Assembly: GCA_016432625.1 (NCBI GenBank)
Contig: CP066697.1
Location: forward strand, 151,113-215,112
From: Candidatus Berkelbacteria bacterium
GTDB lineage: Bacteria; Patescibacteriota; UBA1384; 2-12-FULL-50-11
Direction of reading: 5' to 3'
Length of the DNA stretch: 64,000 bases
Below the pieces are notes generated by a model. That model did not search any database. It had not been told where the DNA came from and saw only the letters and a program-made list of their open reading frames with translations. The translations under genes were made by a program, and so were the position numbers. Below are positions 47,470-55,753 of the stretch, piece after piece. The stretch's first letter is position 1; each line of letters begins with the position of its first letter.

Positions 47470-48170
47470 AGCGTGCTGCTAGTCTGTCCGTCATATTGCT
47501 AGGGATACTAGGTTTAGTTCTGGTTAATTCGCAACAAGTGAGCGCTCAAAGTAGCGACTACACAACCAAGTGGGACGCAAATAGTCTAATCGTTGGGACG
47601 TTGCACCGCCCGATTACTGGTAACTCCGAGGGCGATTGCGTTAATGGCACGCTTCTTGGTAATTACGGCGACCCGGCCGGATCAGAAATCGCCTTCGGTA
47701 TTAATCAGTGGACCGTCAAGGGGCGTATCACTGGCTCGACAAAATTTAAAGAAGTCTGGTCGGCACCGCAGTTGCCTTATGCTTACACCTACGGCGGCAC
47801 TTGGAATGGCAGCTGCCAAAACCTTAAGCTAATTGTCTCCGGCAACAACAGCATGACTGATTGGCTGATGGGCTACATTTCTAATGAAACATATACGCGG
47901 AGCGTAATGGCTTTTCGCTCAGTTGGTATCTCGCAAGGTATCAATAATAAGGTTAACGTCGACGTTTCTCGGGCTGACAACATCGGCAAAACGACGTCAT
48001 GCCAACGCCAGAACAACTGTTTGTATGCCACTGGCGGCTATGGCTGGACGGCTGCGCACGAAATCGATGACGCCCATGCCTGGAAGCCGATCAATGTTGG
48101 TATATTAATGCCTCTCAAGTGGACGATCAGTGGTGATATCTGCGACGGTGGAGACACTAGATGCGATTAA
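47466..48170 (+). CDS. Secreted Cys-containing protein, paralog 2 of 3
   Basis: Signal peptide (LSVILLGILGLVLVNSQQVSAQS). Same conserved motifs and Cys spacing as paralogs 1 and 3. Confidence 0.6.
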   Translation: MKRAASLSVILLGILGLVLVNSQQVSAQSSDYTTKWDANSLIVGTLHRPITGNSEGDCVNGTLLGNYGDPAGSEIAFGINQWTVKGRITGSTKFKEVWSAPQLPYAYTYGGTWNGSCQNLKLIVSGNNSMTDWLMGYISNETYTRSVMAFRSVGISQGINNKVNVDVSRADNIGKTTSCQRQNNCLYATGGYGWTAAHEIDDAHAWKPINVGILMPLKWTISGDICDGGDTRCD

Positions 48171-48901
48171 AAATCATGGCTAATAGATTAGGCATTTTGA
48201 GGGTCTTGGTGGCGGTGCTAGTCCTTTTGGTGGGGTCAATCTTAGTCGGCGACGTGCCGGCCGTAGCACAAGCCAGTGACTACACAATCAACTGGCAAGC
48301 CACTGATCTAATCGTCGCCCGACTTAAGAAACCGAATTACGCACATAACCAGGCGGAGTGCACAACTTGGCGGCTTGACCCCCTTGGTACTCCCATCGAT
48401 TCTGAAGTGGCTATAGGTGTCCATAAGTGGACTGTCAGAGGCGAGCTTCCAGGCTCAGCAAGATTCAAAGAAATCTGGAGCACTCCCGCATTACCGAGAG
48501 CTTTCACATACACAGGTGATTTCATCAATGGCGAATGTCGAAACGGTCGCTTGATTATCGATGGCTTGGCAGGTCCTAACGACTGGCTGACCGGATATCT
48601 CAATGTAAGTAACCTTGGAGTCTCAGCCATGGAAATAAGAACGGTGGGTGTCACAACTGAGGTCGGACATCACAATCTAGACCCAGGCAGTGTTCGCAAC
48701 ATCGGCAATACTACATCATGTCAGGCGAGTGGGGGCGATACTGATCGCTGTACCTACACGACCGGTGCTTATAGTTGGCTCACTCTCCACAGGTTTCAGT
48801 CGGGAATGGATAAGAAGCACATGAATCTCGGTACGATGATCCCGCTCAAATGGTCTGTCAGCGGTACCTTCTGTGAACCTGGCGACAATCGCTGCGACTA
48901 A
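48161..48901 (+). CDS. Secreted Cys-containing protein, paralog 3 of 3
   Basis: Signal peptide. Conserved motifs. Ends GDNRCD like paralog 1. Confidence 0.6.
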   Translation: MRLKIMANRLGILRVLVAVLVLLVGSILVGDVPAVAQASDYTINWQATDLIVARLKKPNYAHNQAECTTWRLDPLGTPIDSEVAIGVHKWTVRGELPGSARFKEIWSTPALPRAFTYTGDFINGECRNGRLIIDGLAGPNDWLTGYLNVSNLGVSAMEIRTVGVTTEVGHHNLDPGSVRNIGNTTSCQASGGDTDRCTYTTGAYSWLTLHRFQSGMDKKHMNLGTMIPLKWSVSGTFCEPGDNRCD

Positions 48902-48915
48902 CGGGCGAAAAATCT

Positions 48916-49053
48916 GCGGTCCCAACGGGAAGTCTCGCAGCTGAGCTGCTCGGAAAGCTCCTACGCTAACGCTCCGTCGCTACCGAACCCGCGGGTTCGA
49001 CACCGCGAGCAGGTAGTAAACACGGCCCGGAAATTCCGCGCCGTGTTCCCTAG
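48916..49053 (-). repeat. Partial tRNA-Glu T-arm/3'-end copy (CGGGTTCG...ACTTCCCGTTGGGACCGC) with a ~50-nt insert in the T-loop, lying downstream of the real tRNA-Glu
   Basis: GCGGTCCCAACGGGA occurs on the + strand at 48916-48930 and 49053-49067. The intervening sequence is homologous to the one in the tRNA-Lys locus. Confidence 0.65.
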
Positions 49054-49127
49054 CGGTCCCAACGGGAGTCGAACCCGTGATTTCCGGGATGAAAACCCGG
49101 CGTCCTAGGCCACTAGACGATGGGACC
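49054..49127 (-). tRNA. tRNA-Glu (anticodon TTC)
   Basis: GGTCCCA-TC-GTCTAGTGGCCTAGGAC-G-CCGGG-TTTTCAT-CCCGG-AAATC-ACGGG-TTCGACT-CCCGT-TGGGACC-G. Confidence 0.85.
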
Positions 49128-49224
49128 AATTTACGAAAGCCTAACAGGTCAATTTTACTGAATACGCCACCAGTTATCAATGCTAAGATGATCGCCAATA
49201 ACCGACTTTCTTGGTAATAATTAG

Positions 49225-50082
49225 TTGATGAGGGGGTTGCTACTTTTTTCGATCGCCGTTTTAGCCGCTGCGGTAGGAGTGGTTTTATTTCTTGTGTCAT
49301 ACGGCGGAAAGATCGCCGGGACGGAGCAACCTAATAGTAAAGTTGTCGCGGCGGATATACCTATAAAAACGCCAGAAACACGCCGTCGCGCGGAAGTGCC
49401 CATCCTGATGTACCACTACATTCGGGATTATAAGAGCGAAACGGACCCGCTCGGCGTCCAACTATCTGTTTCACCGGCGGCGTTTAGGGCTCAGCTGCAA
49501 GCCCTAAAGCGCGACGGCTATTCGACGATTAGTCTATCGGAATTCGCCAAAGGTAATTTTGGCTCTAAGCCGATCGTCCTGACTTTTGATGACGGGTACG
49601 AGGACCACTTCACTACAGCGTTACCGATCCTGCAGGAACTCAACTACACTGCTACCTTTTTTATCGTCAAAAATTTCATTGGGCGTCCTGGTTACTTGAG
49701 TGCTGCGCAAATAAGCATGCTACAGGACGCCGGTATGGAAATAGGCGGCCATTCCACAAATCACGCTAACCTCTCGAAAATGACTTATGAGAAGGCCGTC
49801 GCCGACATCTCCTCTAGTCTAGCTGGTCGCGACAACGTCTTTTCTTACCCCTCAGGGCAGTATACTTACGAGACCCTGGACGTAGTTAGCGGCCTGGGAG
49901 TAACGGCTGCGGTGACAACCGAACAGGGCGTCGCCACAACCGAAACCAACCTGCTGGAGCTGCCGCGTATTAGGGTAAAAGAGAAGACTGATCTAATTAG
50001 CAAGATCGCCGAGCTTAGAGACATCCAAGTACCGTCGAAGGCTTCACAGCCACCGGCCGCTGAGGTAGAATTACAGGAGTAG
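49225..50082 (+). CDS. Polysaccharide deacetylase (CE4 / NodB homology domain), membrane-anchored
   Basis: N-terminal TM helix. LTFDDGY...H motifs of the NodB domain (PIVLTFDDGYEDHF ... GGHSTNHANL). Confidence 0.8.
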   Translation: MMRGLLLFSIAVLAAAVGVVLFLVSYGGKIAGTEQPNSKVVAADIPIKTPETRRRAEVPILMYHYIRDYKSETDPLGVQLSVSPAAFRAQLQALKRDGYSTISLSEFAKGNFGSKPIVLTFDDGYEDHFTTALPILQELNYTATFFIVKNFIGRPGYLSAAQISMLQDAGMEIGGHSTNHANLSKMTYEKAVADISSSLAGRDNVFSYPSGQYTYETLDVVSGLGVTAAVTTEQGVATTETNLLELPRIRVKEKTDLISKIAELRDIQVPSKASQPPAAEVELQE

Positions 50083-50154
50083 CGCGGTTAGCTCAGCTGG
50101 TAGAGCATTTCCTTGACGTGGAAAGGGTCAGTGGTTCGAGTCCACTACCGCGCA
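50082..50154 (+). tRNA. tRNA-Val (anticodon GAC)
   Basis: GCGCGGT-TA-GCTCAGCTGGTAGAGC-A-TTTCC-TTGACGT-GGAAA-GGGTC-AGTGG-TTCGAGT-CCACT-ACCGCGC-A. The 5' nt overlaps the stop codon of the deacetylase gene. Confidence 0.85.
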
Positions 50155-50155
50155 C

Positions 50156-50713
50156 ATGAAAGGTTTAACGCTACTTATTGTGATCGCGCTGGTTATCATC
50201 GGCGCGTTTATGTTGGTTCCAAAAAAACAAAATGAAGGAGGCGCTGTGACAACAACTACCAATAATACTGCCGTAAAAAAAGCAATAATTGAAACCGATA
50301 AGGGCAATATCGAGCTCGATCTTTACCCTGACGTGGCGCCAAAGACTGTGGATAACTTTATTCAAAAAGCTAACGCCGGTTTCTTTAATGGCTTGAAGTT
50401 TCACCGAGTGGAAGATTGGGTTATTCAGGGCGGTGATCCGCTGAGCCGTGATGAGTCTCAAAAAGACTTGTGGGGCACTGGTGGCGGCAATATTGATACC
50501 GAGCTTTCGGACAAACCGTTCGGCGTTGGCGCTTTGGGCGTAGCCAGAGGCAACGAGATAAAGATCTCGAACGACTCGCAATTCTTCATAACCAAAAAGG
50601 ACGCGCAGTTTTTAAACAGCCAGTACACGATCTTTGGTCAAGTCACCGCCGGCATGGACGTCGTTGAAAAAATCGCCATCGGCGACCTCATCAAATCCGT
50701 AACTATTAAATAA
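50156..50713 (+). CDS. ppiB: Cyclophilin-type peptidyl-prolyl cis-trans isomerase, N-terminal TM anchor
   Basis: IETDKGNIELDLYPDVAPKTVDNFIQ...FHRV...GGD cyclophilin signature. The ATG starts 2 nt after the tRNA-Val 3' end. Confidence 0.85.
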   Translation: MKGLTLLIVIALVIIGAFMLVPKKQNEGGAVTTTTNNTAVKKAIIETDKGNIELDLYPDVAPKTVDNFIQKANAGFFNGLKFHRVEDWVIQGGDPLSRDESQKDLWGTGGGNIDTELSDKPFGVGALGVARGNEIKISNDSQFFITKKDAQFLNSQYTIFGQVTAGMDVVEKIAIGDLIKSVTIK

Positions 50714-50723
50714 CAAGCGAAAA

Positions 50724-50763
50724 ACGGGCGAATCTAACTATGCAGGTTATTCACCCGTTTTTC
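50724..50763 (+). terminator. Rho-independent terminator after the PPIase gene
   Basis: ACGGGCGAAT...ATTCACCCGT stem (1 mismatch) followed by TTTTT. Confidence 0.6.
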
Positions 50764-50800
50764 ACCTTGTCCACGACAGTGAGCGTGCTTGGGTGGGGAG

Positions 50801-50850
50801 TGCAGAGGGGTAGGGCAGCGCTTCGCAAGTAGCACCCGTACCCCTCTGCA
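50801..50850. repeat. Perfect 12-bp inverted repeat (TGCAGAGGGGTA ... TACCCCTCTGCA) with a 26-nt loop, between convergent genes
   Basis: Read directly. Function unknown (structured RNA / REP-like element). Confidence 0.5.
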
Positions 50851-50852
50851 AA

Positions 50853-50881
50853 ACAAAAAAGCGCCGTAGCGGCGCCTTTTG
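50853..50881 (-). terminator. Strong rho-independent terminator for the XRE-Hsp20 gene (GGCGCCGCTACGGCGC followed by TTTTTTGTTTTG on the - strand); bidirectional potential
   Basis: Palindrome GCGCCG-TAG-CGGCGC flanked by an A-run (+ strand) and a T-run. Confidence 0.65.
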
Positions 50882-50900
50882 CTTCGCTTGAAAAGCGAGT

Positions 50901-51605
50901 CTACTTCTTCTTCACCTGAATCTTCGTGGTCTTCGGCTTAGCCGGTTCCACTTTCGGCGCCACTATCTTAAGCGTCCCGTTTTCGAGTTTGGCCTCAACC
51001 TTGTCTTCTTTGATCGGCGTGGCAAATCGAATTGAACGACTGAACTCACTGTGTTGCCACTCACGACGCACAACATTCTTGCCTTCTTTCTCATTTTCGT
51101 CGTGCTTTTTAGTGCCAGTGATAGTTAGTGTATCTTCCGTCATCTCGATCTGAACATCGTCTTCGGCGTAACCCGGAACCTGTAATTCGATTTCGTACTC
51201 TTTGTCGGTTTCATGAATATTCATGGCGCCGGCAACGGTGCCCAGTGCTCGCGACCAATCACCACGACCAAAATTACGGTTGACCATCTCGCTCATCTCT
51301 TCTTGCATTCGATCCATTGCCTGAAACGGACTCCATGGTGCTAATTGCATCTTCGACTGCTCACCTCCTTCCTGAATTTCGTTATCGGTTGCTTGCTGAA
51401 CAATGTTTATGCCTTCGATTAAATCCGGCAAATTACAGCGGAAAAATTCCATCAGTGAAATCAAAACTGGCGCGCTAGGCAGATACTCGCCACGTTCAAG
51501 CGAGATTATCGATTGGCGAGATACGTTTAATTCCCGAGCCAATTCTTCTTGGCTCAGATCTCGCTGGGTGCGTAACTGGCGTAGTAATAAACGGAATCGA
51601 GGCAT
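50901..51605 (-). CDS. Fusion protein: N-terminal XRE-family helix-turn-helix DNA-binding domain plus C-terminal Hsp20/alpha-crystallin (small heat-shock protein) domain; candidate novel heat-shock transcriptional repressor
   Basis: N-term LRQLRTQRDLSQEELARELNVSRQSIISLERGEYLPSAPVLISLMEFF (HTH_XRE). C-term ALGTVAGAMNIHETDKEYEIELQVPGYAEDDVQIEMTEDTLTITGTKKHDE...EWQHSEFSRSIRF...GTLKIVAPK (alpha-crystallin domain). Same operator in its own, dnaK and J-domain-gene promoters. Confidence 0.75.
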   Translation of the reverse strand: MPRFRLLLRQLRTQRDLSQEELARELNVSRQSIISLERGEYLPSAPVLISLMEFFRCNLPDLIEGINIVQQATDNEIQEGGEQSKMQLAPWSPFQAMDRMQEEMSEMVNRNFGRGDWSRALGTVAGAMNIHETDKEYEIELQVPGYAEDDVQIEMTEDTLTITGTKKHDENEKEGKNVVRREWQHSEFSRSIRFATPIKEDKVEAKLENGTLKIVAPKVEPAKPKTTKIQVKKK

Positions 51606-51611
51606 TTATAC

Positions 51612-51650
51612 GCCTAATGTAAAGTAAACTTTACATAGCGTCAAGGGAAA
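51612..51650 (-). promoter_or_regulatory. Promoter of the XRE-Hsp20 gene: TTGACG(-35)-N17-TACATT(-10), with the 18-bp inverted repeat TGTAAAG-TTTA-CTTTACA (51618..51635) over the spacer and -10
   Basis: Gene orientation: cCTTGACGctaTGTAAAGtttaCTTTACATTaggcgtataaATG. Same architecture as the dnaK promoter. Confidence 0.6.
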
Positions 51651-51655
51651 GGTTT

Positions 51656-52852
51656 TTACTCAAACCGCAAAGCGTCGACGGGATTTTTACGGGCGGCGCG
51701 AATTGCCGGGAAAAGGCCAAAGACAATACCAGCAAAAGCGCCCATTCCAACGGCTAACATGATTGTTTGCCAGCTCATAACGGGATTAAGCGGGGAGAAT
51801 CTAGCGATTAGTAGCGTCGAGATACGCGCTAAGCCAATGCCGATCAAAGAGCCAAAGAGGGTCAACAGTATTGCTTCGATCAGAAATTGCAACAAGATTG
51901 CACTTTCGGTAGCGCCAACGGCCTTTCGAATACCGATCTCTCGCGTCCGCTCTGTCACAGTGACGAGCATGATATTGGAGATGCCTATTCCGCCGACAAG
52001 CAGGGAGATAGAGGCAATTCCAACCACGAGATAAGCCATGACGTCGGTAATTTGATTGACCGTCGAAAGCAGATCGGTCGGCTTAAAGACTGAAAAGTCA
52101 CTCGTACCGTGTTTCGCGGTAAGCAGGCTTTTAACCTCCGCTATCGCCGGGTCAACGTCTTCAACCGTTTTGGCTTTGACGACAATGCGGTTAACGGCTT
52201 CTGATTTATTAATCTCGGTGGCGACGCTCGCCGGAACCAAAAACATATCGCCGGTCGTAGAAGTGAGATTCAATTCTTGGTCAATTTTGAATAAGCCCAC
52301 AACCTCAAAAGTTGACGCCCCAATTTTGACGCTATCGCCAACTTTAACGCTTATTTGTTCAGCTGACTTCTCGCTTAAGACGATTACCCTGTTCTTATTG
52401 GTAAGGTCGTTGTCGTTGATACTGCGGCCACCGACTATCTTGACGCTGAATAAATCTTCCGCGCCAGGCGTTATACCAACTGGCAGGCCGTTCAGCTTCT
52501 TGTCGTTGTGGTTAACGAGTCCGCCAAAGAAGACGGCGTACTCCATGTCTGGATCAAGTAATTTAGATTTGTCTTGCAAGTGCGTCACATCGTCAACGAA
52601 AATCGTTGACGGTGCCGTTATGCCAGAGATACTCGGCGCCCCTTCTTCAGCTTGTTCGCCCGGCATAATCAGGATCGTCCGTGGCCCAAAGTCCTCAACG
52701 AAGCCGGCAATTTGTTTCTGTACGCCACGGGCGGCCGAAAGCAACGTCACCACGGCGTAGATGCCGATAACGATGCCAAGCACCGTCAGGAAGCTACGCA
52801 GTTTATTGGCCCAGAGTGAGCCGATGGCGCTCCGTAAGCTGTCAAGCAGCAT
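51656..52852 (-). CDS. ABC transporter permease, FtsX/MacB family
   Basis: N-terminal TM, large extracytoplasmic MacB_PCD-like domain, C-terminal FtsX domain (three TM helices). Confidence 0.8.
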   Translation of the reverse strand: MLLDSLRSAIGSLWANKLRSFLTVLGIVIGIYAVVTLLSAARGVQKQIAGFVEDFGPRTILIMPGEQAEEGAPSISGITAPSTIFVDDVTHLQDKSKLLDPDMEYAVFFGGLVNHNDKKLNGLPVGITPGAEDLFSVKIVGGRSINDNDLTNKNRVIVLSEKSAEQISVKVGDSVKIGASTFEVVGLFKIDQELNLTSTTGDMFLVPASVATEINKSEAVNRIVVKAKTVEDVDPAIAEVKSLLTAKHGTSDFSVFKPTDLLSTVNQITDVMAYLVVGIASISLLVGGIGISNIMLVTVTERTREIGIRKAVGATESAILLQFLIEAILLTLFGSLIGIGLARISTLLIARFSPLNPVMSWQTIMLAVGMGAFAGIVFGLFPAIRAARKNPVDALRFE

Positions 52853-53528
52853 TGCTCCTCCGCTCGTCTTTAGTAATCTGGCCGTCCTTCATCTGAATGA
52901 CACGGTCGGCGTAATTTAACAGCTCGGTATTGTGCGTCACCATAACGATCGTGGTGCCAGTTTTATGAATTCGTTTAAAAAGTTCCATGATTTCCAGGCC
53001 GGTCTTGGTGTCTAGGTTCCCGGTTGGTTCATCGGCAAGGATAACTTTTGGCGCCGTGACGAGCGCTCGGGCGATGGCAACACGCTGCTGTTGGCCGCCA
53101 CTTAGCTGATTTGGCCGACTATGCTCACGATCGAGCAAGCCGACGTTTCCTAATACCTCGCGCGCTTTCTGGTCCCGGGAGTCGCCGTGGCGGTATTTCA
53201 ACGGCAACATGACGTTGTCGTAAGCCGTAGTTCGCGGCAAAAGATTAAAAGACTGAAAAACAAAACCGAAGGTCTCGTTTCGATACTTGGCGCGCTGTTT
53301 ACTATTTAAGTCGTCAACTCTTTTGCTGTCGATGATGTATTCGCCAGAATTAGGTACGTCGAGCAAGCCGATAATGTTTAATAGTGTCGATTTACCGCAG
53401 CCGCTCGGTCCGATAATGCCGATGAACTCGCCGTCCCGAATCGTTAGATTAAGGTCATCAAGGGCGTGGATCGTCTCGCCCAGTTTATAGTCGCGGTTAA
53501 TACTTTTGAGCTGAAGCATCAAAAGCAT
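52842..53528 (-). CDS. ABC transporter ATP-binding protein (MacB/LolD-like)
   Basis: Walker [11 protein letters not shown]-loop, signature [15 protein letters not shown], Walker B ILADEP. Confidence 0.85.
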   Translation of the reverse strand: MLLMLQLKSINRDYKLGETIHALDDLNLTIRDGEFIGIIGPSGCGKSTLLNIIGLLDVPNSGEYIIDSKRVDDLNSKQRAKYRNETFGFVFQSFNLLPRTTAYDNVMLPLKYRHGDSRDQKAREVLGNVGLLDREHSRPNQLSGGQQQRVAIARALVTAPKVILADEPTGNLDTKTGLEIMELFKRIHKTGTTIVMVTHNTELLNYADRVIQMKDGQITKDERRSNAA

Positions 53529-53578
53529 CTTATACCCTGTGAAAGTAAAGAAAAAGCCGCCCTGCGGTGACTTTTTCT

Positions 53579-53965
53579 TGGTGGACCTGCCGGGAGTTGA
53601 ACCCGGGTCCGAGAACCTACGAACGAAGACGTCTACAAGCGTAGAAAGTTTAAAGTCTTAGCAGCTGGGCTTGAGAGCTTTCAAAAAACCCGACTGAGCA
53701 ACATCTTATTCTGAGGAGTTGTACCGATGTGCGCACAATCCCGGTTCTACTTTTTGACGCCTCGTTACCTTAGTAGAAGTCAGGTGACGAAACGGCATTG
53801 GCCGTTAGGCTAATGCTGTTGCAAAAGAAGGAGTCGCGAACAAGTTCGCAACACGAGCTTTTGCAGTTTCAAATGCGTTTGCACGTATTTGTTTTGCGCT
53901 CTAAGGCAGGCGCGTCCGCTTGCAGTCCTCGCTGTAAACGTTCCCGTCGAAGCCAGTACAGGCCC
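53579..53965 (-). ncRNA. ssrA: tmRNA (ssrA)
   Basis: The - strand 5' end is GGGCCTGTACTGGCTTCGACGGG (tRNA-Ala-like acceptor with G3·U70 wobble plus the conserved UUCGACGGG box). The 3' end is GGACCCGGGTTCAACTCCCGGCAGGTCCACCA (T-arm plus acceptor plus encoded CCA). Internal reading frame ...GCA ACA GCA TTA GCC TAA (tag ending ATALA*). Confidence 0.8.
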
Positions 53966-54098
53966 GTTAAGATCTTTCTTACCACTTTCAACCTGTTAAG
54001 TCAATGGTACTAGCCCTATTTTGCTTTGAAGCCCTTGCGTTATTTTGCAGCTTAGCTTTAATATTGAGGAGTAGTAATAATCCTGAAAAGGAGGATAG

Positions 54099-54362
54099 AT
54101 GTGGGTAGATATCATAGGTGGACTGATTGGTGGTTTGATCCTTACATGGATTGCCGCCATGGTCGTTAAGAACGCTATGGTCGCGATGATTATCGGTTTT
54201 GTCATAATGATGATCGTCTTCGGCTTTGGTTGGTTGGGCGAGGGTATTAACGTTTACAACGTTATTGCTTCTCTCGTCGGTGCCTTTATTGGGTACTTTG
54301 CAACCAAGGGTCGCTCGGGGAGCACCCCGCCAGCTGCGCCGCCAGCTGCTCCAACCGCCTAA
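54099..54362 (+). CDS. Small membrane protein (two TM helices, Pro/Ala-rich tail)
   Basis: 87 aa, good RBS-like AGGAGGA upstream. A bidirectional terminator follows (54387-54415). Confidence 0.45.
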   Translation: MWVDIIGGLIGGLILTWIAAMVVKNAMVAMIIGFVIMMIVFGFGWLGEGINVYNVIASLVGAFIGYFATKGRSGSTPPAAPPAAPTA

Positions 54363-54422
54363 CTTTAGGTATTTAGGAGACAGAAAAAGCCGCCGTGAGG
54401 CGGCTTTTTCTTTACTGGTAAT

Positions 54423-54992
54423 TTACAAGCTAATTTCTTCGGCGATTTCTTTCATGGCGTCTAACACAATGCCGGTGAACTCATCTAAGGCAATGCCTAG
54501 TTTCGCCTCGCAAAGCTCAATTTTCTCCCGGTCAACACCGGCGGCAAATGATTTTTGCGGCAGCTTATTGAGTACTGTTTCCGCGGTAACGGAAGCAAGT
54601 TTTTTGTCAGGCATAACGAGCGCACAGGCGACAATTAGTCCCGTTAGCTCGTCGCAGCAGTACAGCGCCCACTCCATGAGGCTTTGGGGCGGTTCGTGGC
54701 CGTTGTGAAAGTGGTTATGAGCGAGGATAGCGCCCTTAATCCCCTCATCGCCAAGATCCAAATCTTCGAGCCACTCGACGACTTTTTTGGCGTGGATTTC
54801 CGGAGTGTCGCGAGTAACTTCCCAATCGGCGTCATGAAGCAAGCCAGCAATGCCCCAAGACTCCTCGTCTTCGTTGAAATAGTTGGCAAGCCCCTTCATT
54901 GAAGCCTCAACAGCCAGGCAATGTCGAATCAGGTTATCGCTCTGTACTTTGCTGACAAGCAGCTTGTAGGCTTCGTCTCGACTAACAGGCAT
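54423..54992 (-). CDS. HD-domain metal-dependent phosphohydrolase
   Basis: HCLAVE...GLLHDADW (H...HD) motifs of the HD/HDIG superfamily. Confidence 0.7.
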   Translation of the reverse strand: MPVSRDEAYKLLVSKVQSDNLIRHCLAVEASMKGLANYFNEDEESWGIAGLLHDADWEVTRDTPEIHAKKVVEWLEDLDLGDEGIKGAILAHNHFHNGHEPPQSLMEWALYCCDELTGLIVACALVMPDKKLASVTAETVLNKLPQKSFAAGVDREKIELCEAKLGIALDEFTGIVLDAMKEIAEEISL

Positions 54993-55552
54993 TACTCAAC
55001 CTCTTTTTTGACACGCTCCTCGATTTGCTCAGCGTTTAGAGTCTCCGTCATTTCGGTCAGCTCACTATCAGGCTTCTGAATCCCCAAATGTTGTTGGATT
55101 TCCTGCAGCATCTCCAAGCACTTAGTGATTTCATGCTCGGCTTGAACATTCACCTGGAAGTCCACTTCTTCACGCAAGTCGGCGATATCGGCCTCACGCG
55201 ATTGACTCATTAAGACAAAGATCGCCAGGATAATCGCTTCCAGTGAGACGATGGTGGTCAGCATCACGAATGGGAATGGATCAAAGATTGGGAAGATCGG
55301 CAGCGCCCCACTGTTAACAAGTACCCAGCAGGTGAAGAACAGGACGTTTATCGTCAAGAAAGCGAACGTGCCTGAGCGTGTGGTAACGAAATCGGCGATC
55401 TTTTGCGTTGGCGTTCGATGGGAGTTAGCTTTTGCCTTAAAAGTGCGGTACGCCTCGCGACTTTGTTCCATCTGTTCTGCTTTGTGATTACTGATGGCCC
55501 CTAAAACGTGACCAAGCGTTTCGGTTAACTTGTTACGGTCGTAGCTGTTCAT
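54992..55552 (-). CDS. DUF1003-family membrane protein
   Basis: Start set at the ATG at 55552 (MNSYDRNKL); the upstream part of the ORF-track call looks non-coding. Two TM helices and a C-terminal coiled region typical of DUF1003. Confidence 0.55.
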   Translation of the reverse strand: MNSYDRNKLTETLGHVLGAISNHKAEQMEQSREAYRTFKAKANSHRTPTQKIADFVTTRSGTFAFLTINVLFFTCWVLVNSGALPIFPIFDPFPFVMLTTIVSLEAIILAIFVLMSQSREADIADLREEVDFQVNVQAEHEITKCLEMLQEIQQHLGIQKPDSELTEMTETLNAEQIEERVKKEVE

Positions 55553-55753
55553 AACACTAAAGTAACTTATTCTTCGTGGGGATACCACGGGTGGCAAAGT
55601 CCCTCGCGAGAGCTGTCGCCGCTTTACGGAGCAGAGTGGTGCGAAGCGAAGAAGAAGATGTCCTGAGCCGCTGGCCAGGGCATCTTCATTAGGAACCAAT
55701 CCTCAAACGGTCGACTATTTAACCTCCTAATGCTATACTTGCCCTGTTTTTAC

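Noticed and set aside
48980-49403. ORFs 48980..49300 (-) and 49221..49403 (-)
   Set aside because: They overlap tRNA-Glu and the start of the polysaccharide deacetylase gene, and are antisense to a well-supported CDS.
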